From a virus (lineage: Duplodnaviria; Caudoviricetes): a DNA stretch of 52,837 bases. The stretch lies in the IMG/VR virus record IMGVR_UViG_3300042879_003023, positions 1 to 52,837 of that record, one strand, 5' to 3'. The notes under the pieces are model-generated. The model did not search any database. It was not told the origin of the DNA and worked only from the letters and a program-made list of their open reading frames with translations. Shown here one piece after another: positions 1 through 9,140 of this stretch (positions are counted from its first letter, which is position 1; each line of letters opens with the position of its first letter). The position numbers and the translations under genes are program-made.

Positions 1-1
1 G

Positions 2-604
2 GATGCACAAGAAAAGGGAGATATCCCTTTCAATCTTGTTTTTTTATGGGATAGTATTGGATCAGTACCTTGTCAGATGACATTTGATGGAAAAGGTGGG
101 GGTATGCACAATGCTAAGGTATTAGCTGATAAAATAGGTATGGGGATCCACTCAAGAATTTCTAAATCAAAAAAAGAAGATTACCCCTATTACAATACTT
201 TAGTTATTTTAAATCAACCTTGGGTTTTATTGCCGGATAATCCATTTGGTCAACCTGAAATACAGGCGAAGGGCGGGACAGCTATTTGGTTGGCTAGTAG
301 TTTAATATTTTTGTTTGGTAATCAAAAAAAATCAGGTATAAGTCATATTGACGCCACAAAAAATGGAAGGAAAATATCTTTTGCAATTAGAACAAAAATC
401 TCAATTTTAAAAAATCATGTTAACGGGCTTGGATATAAAGATTCTAAAATAATTGCAGTACACAATGGGTATATACCGGACACTAAAGAATCGTTAGATA
501 AATATAAAAAGGAGTATTCTGAATATTGGTCTGAAAAAATGGACGGTAACGATTTTTCTTTAACAGAATCCCAAAGTGTCGAATTAGATGATGAACTAAA
601 TTAA
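2..604 (+). CDS. uvsX: RecA/UvsX-like recombinase, C-terminal part (truncated by window start)
   Basis: The frame is open from base 2 (DAQEKGDIPFNLVFLWDSIGSVPCQM...). It has a Walker-B-like LVFLWDS and RecA-type ILNQ...KGGTAI...LKNHV motifs. Confidence 0.8.
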   Translation, partial: DAQEKGDIPFNLVFLWDSIGSVPCQMTFDGKGGGMHNAKVLADKIGMGIHSRISKSKKEDYPYYNTLVILNQPWVLLPDNPFGQPEIQAKGGTAIWLASSLIFLFGNQKKSGISHIDATKNGRKISFAIRTKISILKNHVNGLGYKDSKIIAVHNGYIPDTKESLDKYKKEYSEYWSEKMDGNDFSLTESQSVELDDELN

Positions 605-658
605 AAAAAAATTGTTTAGAATAACAATTTTTTAATATATACTGATATTTATTAATAA

Positions 659-820
659 ATGGGAAGAACTAAAGTTGAATCCGACAAAAAAAAGAAAAGT
701 GTTTCAGTTGCAATGGAACCGGAAATACTTGATTTTATAAGAGATAGGCACATAAATTTATCTTCCTTAGTTAATAAACTTTTGAAAGAATATATTAAAA
801 ATGGAAACAAAAATTTGTAA
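659..820 (+). CDS. Small ribbon-helix-helix-like DNA-binding protein (53 aa, not in ORF track)
   Basis: MGRTKVESDKKKKSVSVAMEPEILDFIRDRHINLSSLVNKLLKEYIKNGNKNL: a strand (KSVSVAM) then two helices. TATTTAT lies at 646-652, and the ORF overlaps the HNH start. Confidence 0.65.
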   Translation: MGRTKVESDKKKKSVSVAMEPEILDFIRDRHINLSSLVNKLLKEYIKNGNKNL

Positions 821-1520
821 TAAGTGTGAAGAAGAAAAAAGTGTTTGTGAATTTGGTATATTAAAATCCTCAAAAGACGGTTTTAGATATTTTTGTAAAG
901 TGTGTAGAAAAAAAATTGAAAAAAACTATGAAGGTGATAATGTGAAGAAAAGAAAAAAAAAGTGGAGGGATAACAATAAAGAAAAAATAAAAAAACATTA
1001 TTTAGAAACAAAAGAATCGGTTTTAAATTATCAAAAAAAATATAGAGAAGAAAATGAAGAAAAAATTTTAGAGAGTAAAAAAAAATATTATAATGAAAAT
1101 AAAGATGTTATTTTATTAAAAACTAAGATTTATAGAAAAAAAAACAAACAAAAAAGAAATTCTTTAGAGAAAAATAAGAAAAAAAACGATAAAATTTATC
1201 AGTTATTAACCGGAATGAGAAGTAGGTTATCAACTTACTTGAAAAAACAAAATATTACAAAAAGAAACAGAACTTTTGAAATCATTGGATGTTCTCCTGA
1301 ATTTTTAAAAGAACATTTAGAAAAACAATTCATTAGTGGGATGACTTGGGAAAATAGAAATGAATGGCATATTGATCACATTATTCCTCTATCTTCGGCA
1401 AAAACTGAAGAAGAATTATACAAATTGTGTCATTACACAAATCTTCAACCATTATGTGCTGAAGACAATATTAAAAAAAGTAACAAAATTGTAGAACAAT
1501 TTAATAACAAAAAAAAGTGA
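801..1520 (+). CDS. Free-standing HNH homing endonuclease with N-terminal Zn finger
   Basis: N-terminal CNKC...CKVC, a Lys-rich helical middle, and C-terminal WHIDHIIPLS...LCHYTNLQPL...DNIKK HNH motif. Confidence 0.85.
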   Translation: METKICNKCEEEKSVCEFGILKSSKDGFRYFCKVCRKKIEKNYEGDNVKKRKKKWRDNNKEKIKKHYLETKESVLNYQKKYREENEEKILESKKKYYNENKDVILLKTKIYRKKNKQKRNSLEKNKKKNDKIYQLLTGMRSRLSTYLKKQNITKRNRTFEIIGCSPEFLKEHLEKQFISGMTWENRNEWHIDHIIPLSSAKTEEELYKLCHYTNLQPLCAEDNIKKSNKIVEQFNNKKK

Positions 1521-2524
1521 CTAAAACTTTATTAGTCGATGGGAACAATTTATTAAAAATTGGATTTCACGGAGTTAAAGATTATTTTAATGGAACGGAG
1601 CATGTGGGTGGTATTTGGCACTTTTTAAATACCATCCGCAAGTTTTTAGAAGAATCCAATTACAATAAGGTAGTGGTGTTTTGGGATGGAGAATTATCAA
1701 CCGCACAAAGAAGAGTCCTGTACCCAAAATACAAACTTAACAGAAAAGGGGTAACTGAAGATTTTAAAGAAGAATCATTTGGTAAACAAAAACAACGGGT
1801 TAAACAATATTTGGAAGAAATGTTTGTTAGACAAGTTGAGTTTGAAAATTCAGAAGCTGACGACCTAATCGCATATTATTGCAAAATTTCAAAAAACGAA
1901 CACAAAACAATTTTTAGTGGTGATAGAGACCTTACACAACTTATTTCTGAAGATGTGACCATCTATTCGCCAAATACAAAGAAGTATTATAAGAAGGGAG
2001 ATATGATTAAACTACACGATATTGAAATCCCACATTATAATGTAAAAACATTTAAGATATTATCAGGTGATAAATCAGATAATATTGATGGGATCTATTA
2101 TCTTGGCGAAAAAACTTTCGTTAAATTATTTCCTGAGATACTTGAAAAAGAAGTTACTTTTTCCGATATTTTAAAAAAGGGTGAAGAACTTTTAAAAGAA
2201 CAAAAAGATAATACAGTATTAAAAAATTTATTAACTGGTAAAACAAAAGAAGGGATTTTTGGAGATGAGTTTTTTGAAATCAACCAAAAAATAGTAGATT
2301 TGTCAAACCCTTTAATCAACGAGGAAGGTAAAGAAGTAGTTGAATTATATTACTCTGAGTCATTGGATCCTGACGGAAGAGGATATAAAAACCTGATACG
2401 AATGATGATGGAAGATGGATTATTTAAATATCTTCCGAAAGGAGATGAGCAGTGGGTGTATTTTCTAAAACCATTTTTAAAATTAACAAGAAAAGAAAAG
2501 TCAAATTACAAAACAAAAAAGTAA
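1517..2524 (+). CDS. 5'-3' exonuclease / flap endonuclease (T4 RNase H / PolA N-terminal-like)
   Basis: LLVDGNN, VFWDG, YPKYKLNR, EADDLIA, SGDRDL and GDKSDNIDGI (H3TH) motifs; GTG start. Confidence 0.93.
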   Translation: MTKTLLVDGNNLLKIGFHGVKDYFNGTEHVGGIWHFLNTIRKFLEESNYNKVVVFWDGELSTAQRRVLYPKYKLNRKGVTEDFKEESFGKQKQRVKQYLEEMFVRQVEFENSEADDLIAYYCKISKNEHKTIFSGDRDLTQLISEDVTIYSPNTKKYYKKGDMIKLHDIEIPHYNVKTFKILSGDKSDNIDGIYYLGEKTFVKLFPEILEKEVTFSDILKKGEELLKEQKDNTVLKNLLTGKTKEGIFGDEFFEINQKIVDLSNPLINEEGKEVVELYYSESLDPDGRGYKNLIRMMMEDGLFKYLPKGDEQWVYFLKPFLKLTRKEKSNYKTKK

Positions 2525-2528
2525 AATT

Positions 2529-2981
2529 ATGAAAGAACAAAACGATGTAACAAAGGTTGAATTCTTGATCACATTGAATGACAATTTTGTCGTACAAAGA
2601 TTCTTCAACGTGAAAGGATACAACCCTAAATCTAAAAGTAGTTCAGAACTTTATGGGTACATTAAAAGTTTAGCGTCCGTACTTCAGACAAAACTTAGAA
2701 ATAAGTGTATGGTGTATATGTTAGACAACCGTTTCCAAATCGAGGAGGATCCAACCATCTTGGAAACATCAAATACAGATGGACCCGAAGTTTTTAACAT
2801 TATTTTGAAAGTCGGAAATGAGACAATTTGTCATAGAATCATTGACGCGAAAGTATATCCTCCGAAGGTAAGATATACGCTGGACATACGACCAGACATA
2901 AAAAACATCTTAAGAGACCTTACTGACATTTTATCAGATCAAAATTTATCTTACGAGTACTTTAATTATTCACTTGCTTAA
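2529..2981 (+). CDS. Hypothetical phage protein
   Basis: 150-aa ORF tightly packed between the exonuclease and helicase genes. Confidence 0.75.
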   Translation: MKEQNDVTKVEFLITLNDNFVVQRFFNVKGYNPKSKSSSELYGYIKSLASVLQTKLRNKCMVYMLDNRFQIEEDPTILETSNTDGPEVFNIILKVGNETICHRIIDAKVYPPKVRYTLDIRPDIKNILRDLTDILSDQNLSYEYFNYSLA

Positions 2982-3021
2982 AGATATTTATCATTAAATC
3001 ACACAATAAATTCTAATCAAT

Positions 3022-4395
3022 ATGTCAGACAAAAAAAACTTCGGATACTTAGGGAACAACTTTCAAATTCAATTATTAAACAACATCGTTACTTACAAAG
3101 ATTTCTCTAATTCCATCATTGAAGTTATTGACCCTCATTATTTTGATAACCAATATTTCAGAATCATTTGTCAAATGATCAAAGAGTATTATTCAAAGTA
3201 TGAGCATACCCCGACATTTGACACACTAGAACAATTAACAAAGTCCGAAATCACATCGTCTATGGCACAAAAAAGTGTTTTAGATACAATCCAACAAGTG
3301 AAAGACGTATCTGATGAAGGGTCAGTTTTTGTTCAAGAAAAATCCTTAAAATTCTGCAAACAACAAGAGCTCCAAAAAGTAATGACAAAGGCTCAATCAA
3401 TCATCGATAAAGGTGATTTCGAGAGTTATGATAAGTTGGAAGAAATGGTTAGGGGAGCACTTCAAGTTGGTGAAGTAGATAAAGGAACAAGTGATGTATT
3501 TTTTAACCTTGATGAGGTGTTGGATGATGATTACAGACATCCCATTCCTATTGGAGTCCCAGGTATTGATAACTTATTAAAGGGGGGATTGGCCAAAGGA
3601 GAAATCGGTGTAATACTTGCACCGACGGGAGTTGGAAAATCTACGTTCACAACCAAAATCGCAAATCACGCATTTAACTTAGGGTATAATGTCCTTCAGA
3701 TATTTTTTGAAGACAACCCAAAAATTATTCAAAGAAAACACTTTACACTTTGGACTGGAATTCATCCTGACGAATTATCTGAAAACAAAGAAGAAGTTAT
3801 GACTAAAGTTAAACACATTCAATCAACAAGAAAAAATAAGTTGATAATGAAAAAGTTGGCTTCAGATACCGTAACAATGAATCAGATTAAAAATCAAGTC
3901 AGAAAGATGATTGCGGAAGGAACAAAAATTGATATGATAATTTTAGATTACATTGATTGTGTTGTTCCTGATAAGATGTTAGGTGATGAATGGAAAAGCG
4001 AAGGATCGGTAATGCGAGGATTTGAAGCAATGTGTCACGAATTAGACATTGCTGGTTGGACGGCAACACAAGGAAACAGAAATTCAATATCATCAGAGGT
4101 TGTAACAACAGATCAAATGGGAGGATCAATTAAAAAGGCTCAAGTCGGTCACGTTATTATTACAGTTGCAAAATCACTACAACAAAAAGAAATGAATTTA
4201 GCAACAATAGCAATAACAAAATCAAGGATAGGTAAAGACGGAATCATTTTTGAAAACTGTAAGTTCGATAATGGGATGCTTGAAATTGATACAGAACAAA
4301 GTGTGACATTCCTTGGACACGAGGAACAAAAAGAAGAAAAAAATCGTAACAGAATAAAAGAACTGTTAGAAAAGAAAAAGCAAAAAGAACAATAA
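3022..4395 (+). CDS. dnaB: Replicative DNA helicase (DnaB / T4 gp41-like)
   Basis: Walker A APTGVGKS, IILDYID, TATQGNR and ITKSRIG (Arg finger) motifs. Confidence 0.93.
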   Translation: MSDKKNFGYLGNNFQIQLLNNIVTYKDFSNSIIEVIDPHYFDNQYFRIICQMIKEYYSKYEHTPTFDTLEQLTKSEITSSMAQKSVLDTIQQVKDVSDEGSVFVQEKSLKFCKQQELQKVMTKAQSIIDKGDFESYDKLEEMVRGALQVGEVDKGTSDVFFNLDEVLDDDYRHPIPIGVPGIDNLLKGGLAKGEIGVILAPTGVGKSTFTTKIANHAFNLGYNVLQIFFEDNPKIIQRKHFTLWTGIHPDELSENKEEVMTKVKHIQSTRKNKLIMKKLASDTVTMNQIKNQVRKMIAEGTKIDMIILDYIDCVVPDKMLGDEWKSEGSVMRGFEAMCHELDIAGWTATQGNRNSISSEVVTTDQMGGSIKKAQVGHVIITVAKSLQQKEMNLATIAITKSRIGKDGIIFENCKFDNGMLEIDTEQSVTFLGHEEQKEEKNRNRIKELLEKKKQKEQ

Positions 4396-4426
4396 TCTTA
4401 AAATAAATTACTAAATTTGAATTAAA

Positions 4427-6286
4427 ATGGATATTTCGCAAAAAATATTAAGTGACATCACTGTCCATATGAAATACGCAAAGTTTATTCCCGAACTACA
4501 AAGACGGGAGACTTGGGAAGAGTTGGTGACAAGAAACAAAGAAATGCACCAACAAAAATACCCACACATTAAAGACCAAATTGAAGATGTCTACAAAATG
4601 GTTTATGACAAAAAAGTATTACCATCGATGAGGTCTTTACAGTTTGGTGGAAAACCAATTGAAATTTCACCAAACAGAATCTACAACTGTGCTTATATGC
4701 CAATCGATCATGTAGATGCTTTTTCTGAAACTATGTTTTTACTTTTAGGTGGAACTGGTGTTGGATATTCAGTTCAAAAACATCACGTAGATAAACTACC
4801 TGAAATTAAAAAACCAAATTCTGAAAGAACAAGAAGATACCTTATTGGTGATTCTATTGAAGGATGGGCGGACGCAATCAAAGTGCTTATGGAATCTTAT
4901 CTTGGATATAAGTCATCAACACCTGTATTTGATTTTTCAGACATCAGACAAAAAGGTGCTAATCTTGTAACATCAGGTGGTAAAGCACCTGGACCACAAC
5001 CATTGAAAGATTGTATCCACAACATTACAAAGGTATTGGACGCTAAAAAAGATGGTGAAAAACTATCACCAATCGAAGCACACGACATTACTTGTCATAT
5101 TGCAGATGCCGTACTTGCAGGTGGTATTAGAAGAGCTGCACTTATTAGTTTGTTCAGTGCTGACGATGAAGAAATGATTTCTTGTAAATCAGGATCTTGG
5201 TGGGAACAAAACCCACAAAGAGGTAGAGCAAATAACTCAGCAGTTCTTCTTCGTCACAAAATCACAAAAGAATTCTTTATGGATCTTTGGAAACGTATTG
5301 AATTATCGGGTGCTGGTGAACCGGGAATTTATCTATCAAACGATAAAGATTGGGGAACTAACCCTTGTTGTGAAATTGCACTTAGACCTTACCAATTCTG
5401 TAATCTTTGTGAAGTAAATGCGTCTGATATTGAATCACAAGAAGATTTTGAAAAAAGAGTTAAGGCGGCCGCGTTCATTGGAACATTACAAGCAGGATAC
5501 ACTGATTTCCATTATCTTCGTGATGTTTGGAAAAGAACAACTGAAAAAGATGCACTTATTGGTGTTGGTATGACAGGTATTGGATCAGGTGTTGTACTTG
5601 GTTATGATATGAAATCGGCAGCCGAAGCTGTTAAAGAAGAAAATGAAAGAGTTGCTAATCTTATTGGAATTAACAAGGCCGCAAGAACAACAACAGTTAA
5701 ACCATCAGGAACATCGTCTTTAGTTCTTGGGACATCATCAGGAATTCACGCTTGGCATAATGACTTTTATTTAAGAAGAATCCGTGTTGGAAAAAATGAA
5801 GCAATTTATTCTTATCTTGCAATCAATCATCCTGAACTTATTGAAGATGAATTTTTCCGTCCTCACGACACTGCGGTTATCACCATCCCACAAAAATCAC
5901 CTGAAGGTTCAATTATTAGACACGAATCTGTATTTCAAATGTTAGAACGTGTTAAAAAAGTATCTGATGAGTGGGTAAGATCTGGTCATAGAACTGGTCA
6001 AAATACACACAACGTATCTGCTACGGTTTCTATTAAAGAAGATGAATGGGACTTGGTAGGTGAATGGATGTGGAATAACCGTAAATTCTACAATGGACTA
6101 TCAGTTTTACCATACAACGGAGGAACTTATACTCAAGCACCTTTTGAGGATACAACTCAAGAAGAATTTGAAAGATTGATTAAAACATTATCAGATGTTG
6201 ATCTTACAAGAGTTGTTGAATTACAGGATAACACAGACCTACGTGGTGAAGCGGCTTGTGCTGGCGGGGCTTGTGAAATTGTCTAA
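4427..6286 (+). CDS. nrdJ: Class II (adenosylcobalamin-dependent) ribonucleotide reductase
   Basis: RRETWEE, YNCAY, GGIRRAA, catalytic TNPCCEI, TTVKPSGT and C-terminal ACAGGACEI. No beta-subunit gene is adjacent. Confidence 0.93.
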   Translation: MDISQKILSDITVHMKYAKFIPELQRRETWEELVTRNKEMHQQKYPHIKDQIEDVYKMVYDKKVLPSMRSLQFGGKPIEISPNRIYNCAYMPIDHVDAFSETMFLLLGGTGVGYSVQKHHVDKLPEIKKPNSERTRRYLIGDSIEGWADAIKVLMESYLGYKSSTPVFDFSDIRQKGANLVTSGGKAPGPQPLKDCIHNITKVLDAKKDGEKLSPIEAHDITCHIADAVLAGGIRRAALISLFSADDEEMISCKSGSWWEQNPQRGRANNSAVLLRHKITKEFFMDLWKRIELSGAGEPGIYLSNDKDWGTNPCCEIALRPYQFCNLCEVNASDIESQEDFEKRVKAAAFIGTLQAGYTDFHYLRDVWKRTTEKDALIGVGMTGIGSGVVLGYDMKSAAEAVKEENERVANLIGINKAARTTTVKPSGTSSLVLGTSSGIHAWHNDFYLRRIRVGKNEAIYSYLAINHPELIEDEFFRPHDTAVITIPQKSPEGSIIRHESVFQMLERVKKVSDEWVRSGHRTGQNTHNVSATVSIKEDEWDLVGEWMWNNRKFYNGLSVLPYNGGTYTQAPFEDTTQEEFERLIKTLSDVDLTRVVELQDNTDLRGEAACAGGACEIV

Positions 6287-6297
6287 TACCTATAGAA

Positions 6298-6378
6298 ATG
6301 AAAGTGACTTGGGGAAATAATGTAACGTTAACGTATCAAGTTTTGTTAGCGTTTTATAATCTAAGAAAAAACAATTAA
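6298..6378 (+). CDS. Micro-ORF, 26 aa (MKVTWGNNVTLTYQVLLAFYNLRKNN)
   Basis: Fills the gap between the nrdJ stop (6286) and the next ATG (6380) almost exactly. Confidence 0.45.
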   Translation: MKVTWGNNVTLTYQVLLAFYNLRKNN

Positions 6379-6379
6379 T

Positions 6380-6607
6380 ATGACAGTAAGCGCTACTAAC
6401 GATTGGGTACAACAGTTATATATGAAGGAGTTTATTAAACCTAAACTCCTTCCTTCTGACTTTTATTATGATGGAAACGGTAGAATGGTTATGACCGAAT
6501 CATATCATAAAAGAAGGGGTAGTTGTTGTGGGTCAGGATGTTTACATTGTCCATATGAACCACGTTTTCAAAAAGGTAATACAAACCTACAAGAATCACG
6601 ACAATAG
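6380..6607 (+). CDS. Small Cys/His metal-binding protein (DUF5522-like)
   Basis: FYYDGNGRMVMTESYHKRRGSCCGSGCLHCPY motif. Confidence 0.75.
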   Translation: MTVSATNDWVQQLYMKEFIKPKLLPSDFYYDGNGRMVMTESYHKRRGSCCGSGCLHCPYEPRFQKGNTNLQESRQ

Positions 6608-6620
6608 TCGTGATTTTTTA
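6594..6620 (+). terminator. Rho-independent terminator ending the replication/RNR unit
   Basis: AATCACGAC-AATA-GTCGTGATT stem followed by a T run. Confidence 0.8.
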
Positions 6621-6656
6621 TTTTATATCGTATTTATAAAAAATTTCACAACATTA

Positions 6657-6663
6657 TATTTAT
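6657..6663 (+). promoter_or_regulatory. TATTTAT late-promoter-like motif (representative copy)
   Basis: The same heptamer lies a short way upstream of start codons at 646, 2985, 6657, 9120, 17746, 24243, 25333, 32594, 35460, 47753 and 51688. Confidence 0.65.
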
Positions 6664-6668
6664 TTTAT

Positions 6669-7223
6669 ATGGCAAATGGTATTACATATGGTATTGGCTT
6701 CCCATTTAGTGAAAGTGCTGTTGGTAATTATTTTAATTTAACAACAACTACAAGTCAAGAAATAAGAACCGATCTTTTACACTTACTTTTTACAAGAAAA
6801 GGATCAAGATATTATTTACCTGATTTTGGAACAAGGCTTTATGAATTTATTTTTGACCCCCTGGATGGTGAAACTTTTGAAGGTATAAAATCTGAAATAC
6901 AAACACAAGTTGAAAAGTATATCCCAAATTTGATAATAAACAGTATAACCGTGGCTCCGTATACTGAAAATGAAAAATCACAGTCATTATCAGACGCCGT
7001 TTACAAATCTAAAATACCTGAATACTCTAAAGGGGAAGTCACAACCATAACAGCAACGGATTCACAAACCACAGGTGGAAGGGTAACTCAAGAATATAAT
7101 TATTATGATATTTTTAGGCTTCCAGGGCAAGGAGTGCAAGATTATACTGCTAAAATAAAAATTGAATACACAGATAATAATAGTTCTTTTGGGTCAAGAG
7201 AATTTATAATTATTAACATATAA
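6669..7223 (+). CDS. Baseplate wedge protein, gp25/GPW-like
   Basis: IRTDLLHLLFTRKGSRYYLPDFGTRLYEFIFDP motif. The likely start is MANGITYG at 6669, after the terminator and TATTTAT, rather than 6528. Confidence 0.85.
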   Translation: MANGITYGIGFPFSESAVGNYFNLTTTTSQEIRTDLLHLLFTRKGSRYYLPDFGTRLYEFIFDPLDGETFEGIKSEIQTQVEKYIPNLIINSITVAPYTENEKSQSLSDAVYKSKIPEYSKGEVTTITATDSQTTGGRVTQEYNYYDIFRLPGQGVQDYTAKIKIEYTDNNSSFGSREFIIINI

Positions 7224-7226
7224 GAT

Positions 7227-9065
7227 ATGGCTACAAATAAAATTAATTACACTAGTAGGGATTTTGAATCTTTAAGACAAGATTTAATAAATTATACACA
7301 ACAGTATTATCCCGACATTATTCAAAATTTTAATGATGCGTCTGTTTTTTCCGTTTTAATGGATTTAAATGCCGCTATTGGTGATAATTTACATTACCAT
7401 ATTGATAGAAGCGTACAAGAAACTGTTTTACAATATGCTCAACAAAGATCTTCAATATATAATATTGCAAGAACATATGGTTTAAAAATACCTGGTTATC
7501 GACCTTCAGTTGCTATGGTAGATATAACAATAGAAGTTCCTGCTTTTGGTGATAGTGAAGATACAAGATACTTAGGTATTTTAAGGGCCGGTGCACAGTT
7601 TAATGGTGGTGGGACCACATTTGAAACCGTTTATGATGTCGATTTTTCAACACAATATAATAACGAGGGATTTGTTAATAGAACAAAAATACCAATCTTT
7701 GATAGTAATAATAAAATATCAGCATATAAAATGACTAAAAGAGAAGTTGTTATTAATGGTGTTACTAAAGTTTTTAAAAGAGTAATAAACCCAAACGACG
7801 TTGTGCCATTTTTTAATTTTTTCTTACCTGAAAAAAACGTTTTAAGTGTATCTGCTATAATTCAAAAAGATGGAACCCAATACCAGTCAACACCGGTATA
7901 TTCAGATTTTTTATTACCACAAAATAAATGGTATGAAGTTGATGCATTAGCAGAAGATACTGTTTTCATTGAAGATCCAACAAAACCTATTGACAATGCT
8001 GGTATAAAAGTAGGGACATACTTAAAAACTGATAATAGATTCATTACTGAATATACACCTGAAGGGTATATGAAAATCCAATTTGGTGGAGGAACAACAA
8101 CACCAAATCAACAACTACAAAACTTTTCAAGACTTGGTGTACCTTTAGATATACAAAACTATCAAAACAATATTGGTTTAGGTCTTACGGTTACACCTAA
8201 TACGACACTTTTTGTGCAATATAGAGTTGGTGGTGGTACCGCAACAAATATAGGTGTCGGAGCTATAAACCAAATAGGAACAATTAATTTTGCGGTAAAC
8301 GGACCATCAGATACGATTAATTCAAATGTTATTAGATCAATTAAAGTAACAAACGTAACAGGTGCGGTCGGAGGCGCAAATCCACCATCGACTGAAGAAG
8401 TTAGAAATATGGTATCATTTAATTTTGCTGCACAAAAAAGAGCAGTGACGGTAAATGACTACAAATCTTTAATTGATACTATGCCTGGTAAATTTGGGGC
8501 ACCATCTAAAGTTGCTATTACTGAAAATGATAATAAAATCACAATTAAGATACTTTCATATGATTCTGATGGTAATTTAACACAAGATGTTCCAAACAGT
8601 TTAAAAACTAATTTAGCGACATACTTGTCTAAATACAGAATGGTTAATGATTATATATCAATTGATGTTGCAAAAGTTATCGATTTAGAATTTGAAGTTT
8701 CAGTTGTTATTGAAAATAACACATCGCAAAGTCAAATAATAACAGAAATTATCGATCAAATATCGACGTATATGCAACCAACAAAAAGAGATTTGGGTCA
8801 AAATGTTAATGTTTCTGATGTTAGAAGGTTGATACAAAATGTTGGTGGTGTGATAACTTTATCTGATTTAAAGGTTTATAATAAAGTTGGTGGGTTATAT
8901 TCATCATCACAGACATCACAAAGATATGTGGATAAAGAAACAAAAGAAATTGAATTAATTGATGATACTATTTTTGCTGAACCTGACCAAATTTATCAAA
9001 TACGATTCGATTCGAGAGACATTAATGTCCGAGTTAAACAGTTAAGAACTGTGGACTTTTCTTAA
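7227..9065 (+). CDS. Baseplate wedge subunit (T4 gp6 / baseplate-J-like)
   Basis: NYTSRDFESLR, IARTYG, IQFGGG, YRVGGG and QKRAVTVNDY motifs; follows the gp25-like gene. Confidence 0.85.
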   Translation: MATNKINYTSRDFESLRQDLINYTQQYYPDIIQNFNDASVFSVLMDLNAAIGDNLHYHIDRSVQETVLQYAQQRSSIYNIARTYGLKIPGYRPSVAMVDITIEVPAFGDSEDTRYLGILRAGAQFNGGGTTFETVYDVDFSTQYNNEGFVNRTKIPIFDSNNKISAYKMTKREVVINGVTKVFKRVINPNDVVPFFNFFLPEKNVLSVSAIIQKDGTQYQSTPVYSDFLLPQNKWYEVDALAEDTVFIEDPTKPIDNAGIKVGTYLKTDNRFITEYTPEGYMKIQFGGGTTTPNQQLQNFSRLGVPLDIQNYQNNIGLGLTVTPNTTLFVQYRVGGGTATNIGVGAINQIGTINFAVNGPSDTINSNVIRSIKVTNVTGAVGGANPPSTEEVRNMVSFNFAAQKRAVTVNDYKSLIDTMPGKFGAPSKVAITENDNKITIKILSYDSDGNLTQDVPNSLKTNLATYLSKYRMVNDYISIDVAKVIDLEFEVSVVIENNTSQSQIITEIIDQISTYMQPTKRDLGQNVNVSDVRRLIQNVGGVITLSDLKVYNKVGGLYSSSQTSQRYVDKETKEIELIDDTIFAEPDQIYQIRFDSRDINVRVKQLRTVDFS

Positions 9066-9140
9066 TACCCTTTATTTTACTTTAATGAAGATTTAGTTTT
9101 GTAAAAAGGCTAAATTAACTATTTATTTTTAAAAGAAATA

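Noticed and set aside
3022-6286. Inteins or introns in the helicase or RNR
   Set aside because: Lengths and motif spacing are normal, with no splice-junction or LAGLIDADG motifs.
6302-6312. AAGTGACTTGG shared with 47200-47210
   Set aside because: A single 11-mer match is expected by chance in 53 kb.
6528-6668. Upstream extension of the gp25-like ORF (similarly 45678, 48998, 50124, 30716)
   Set aside because: The extensions span terminators, promoters or upstream genes; downstream ATGs fit better.
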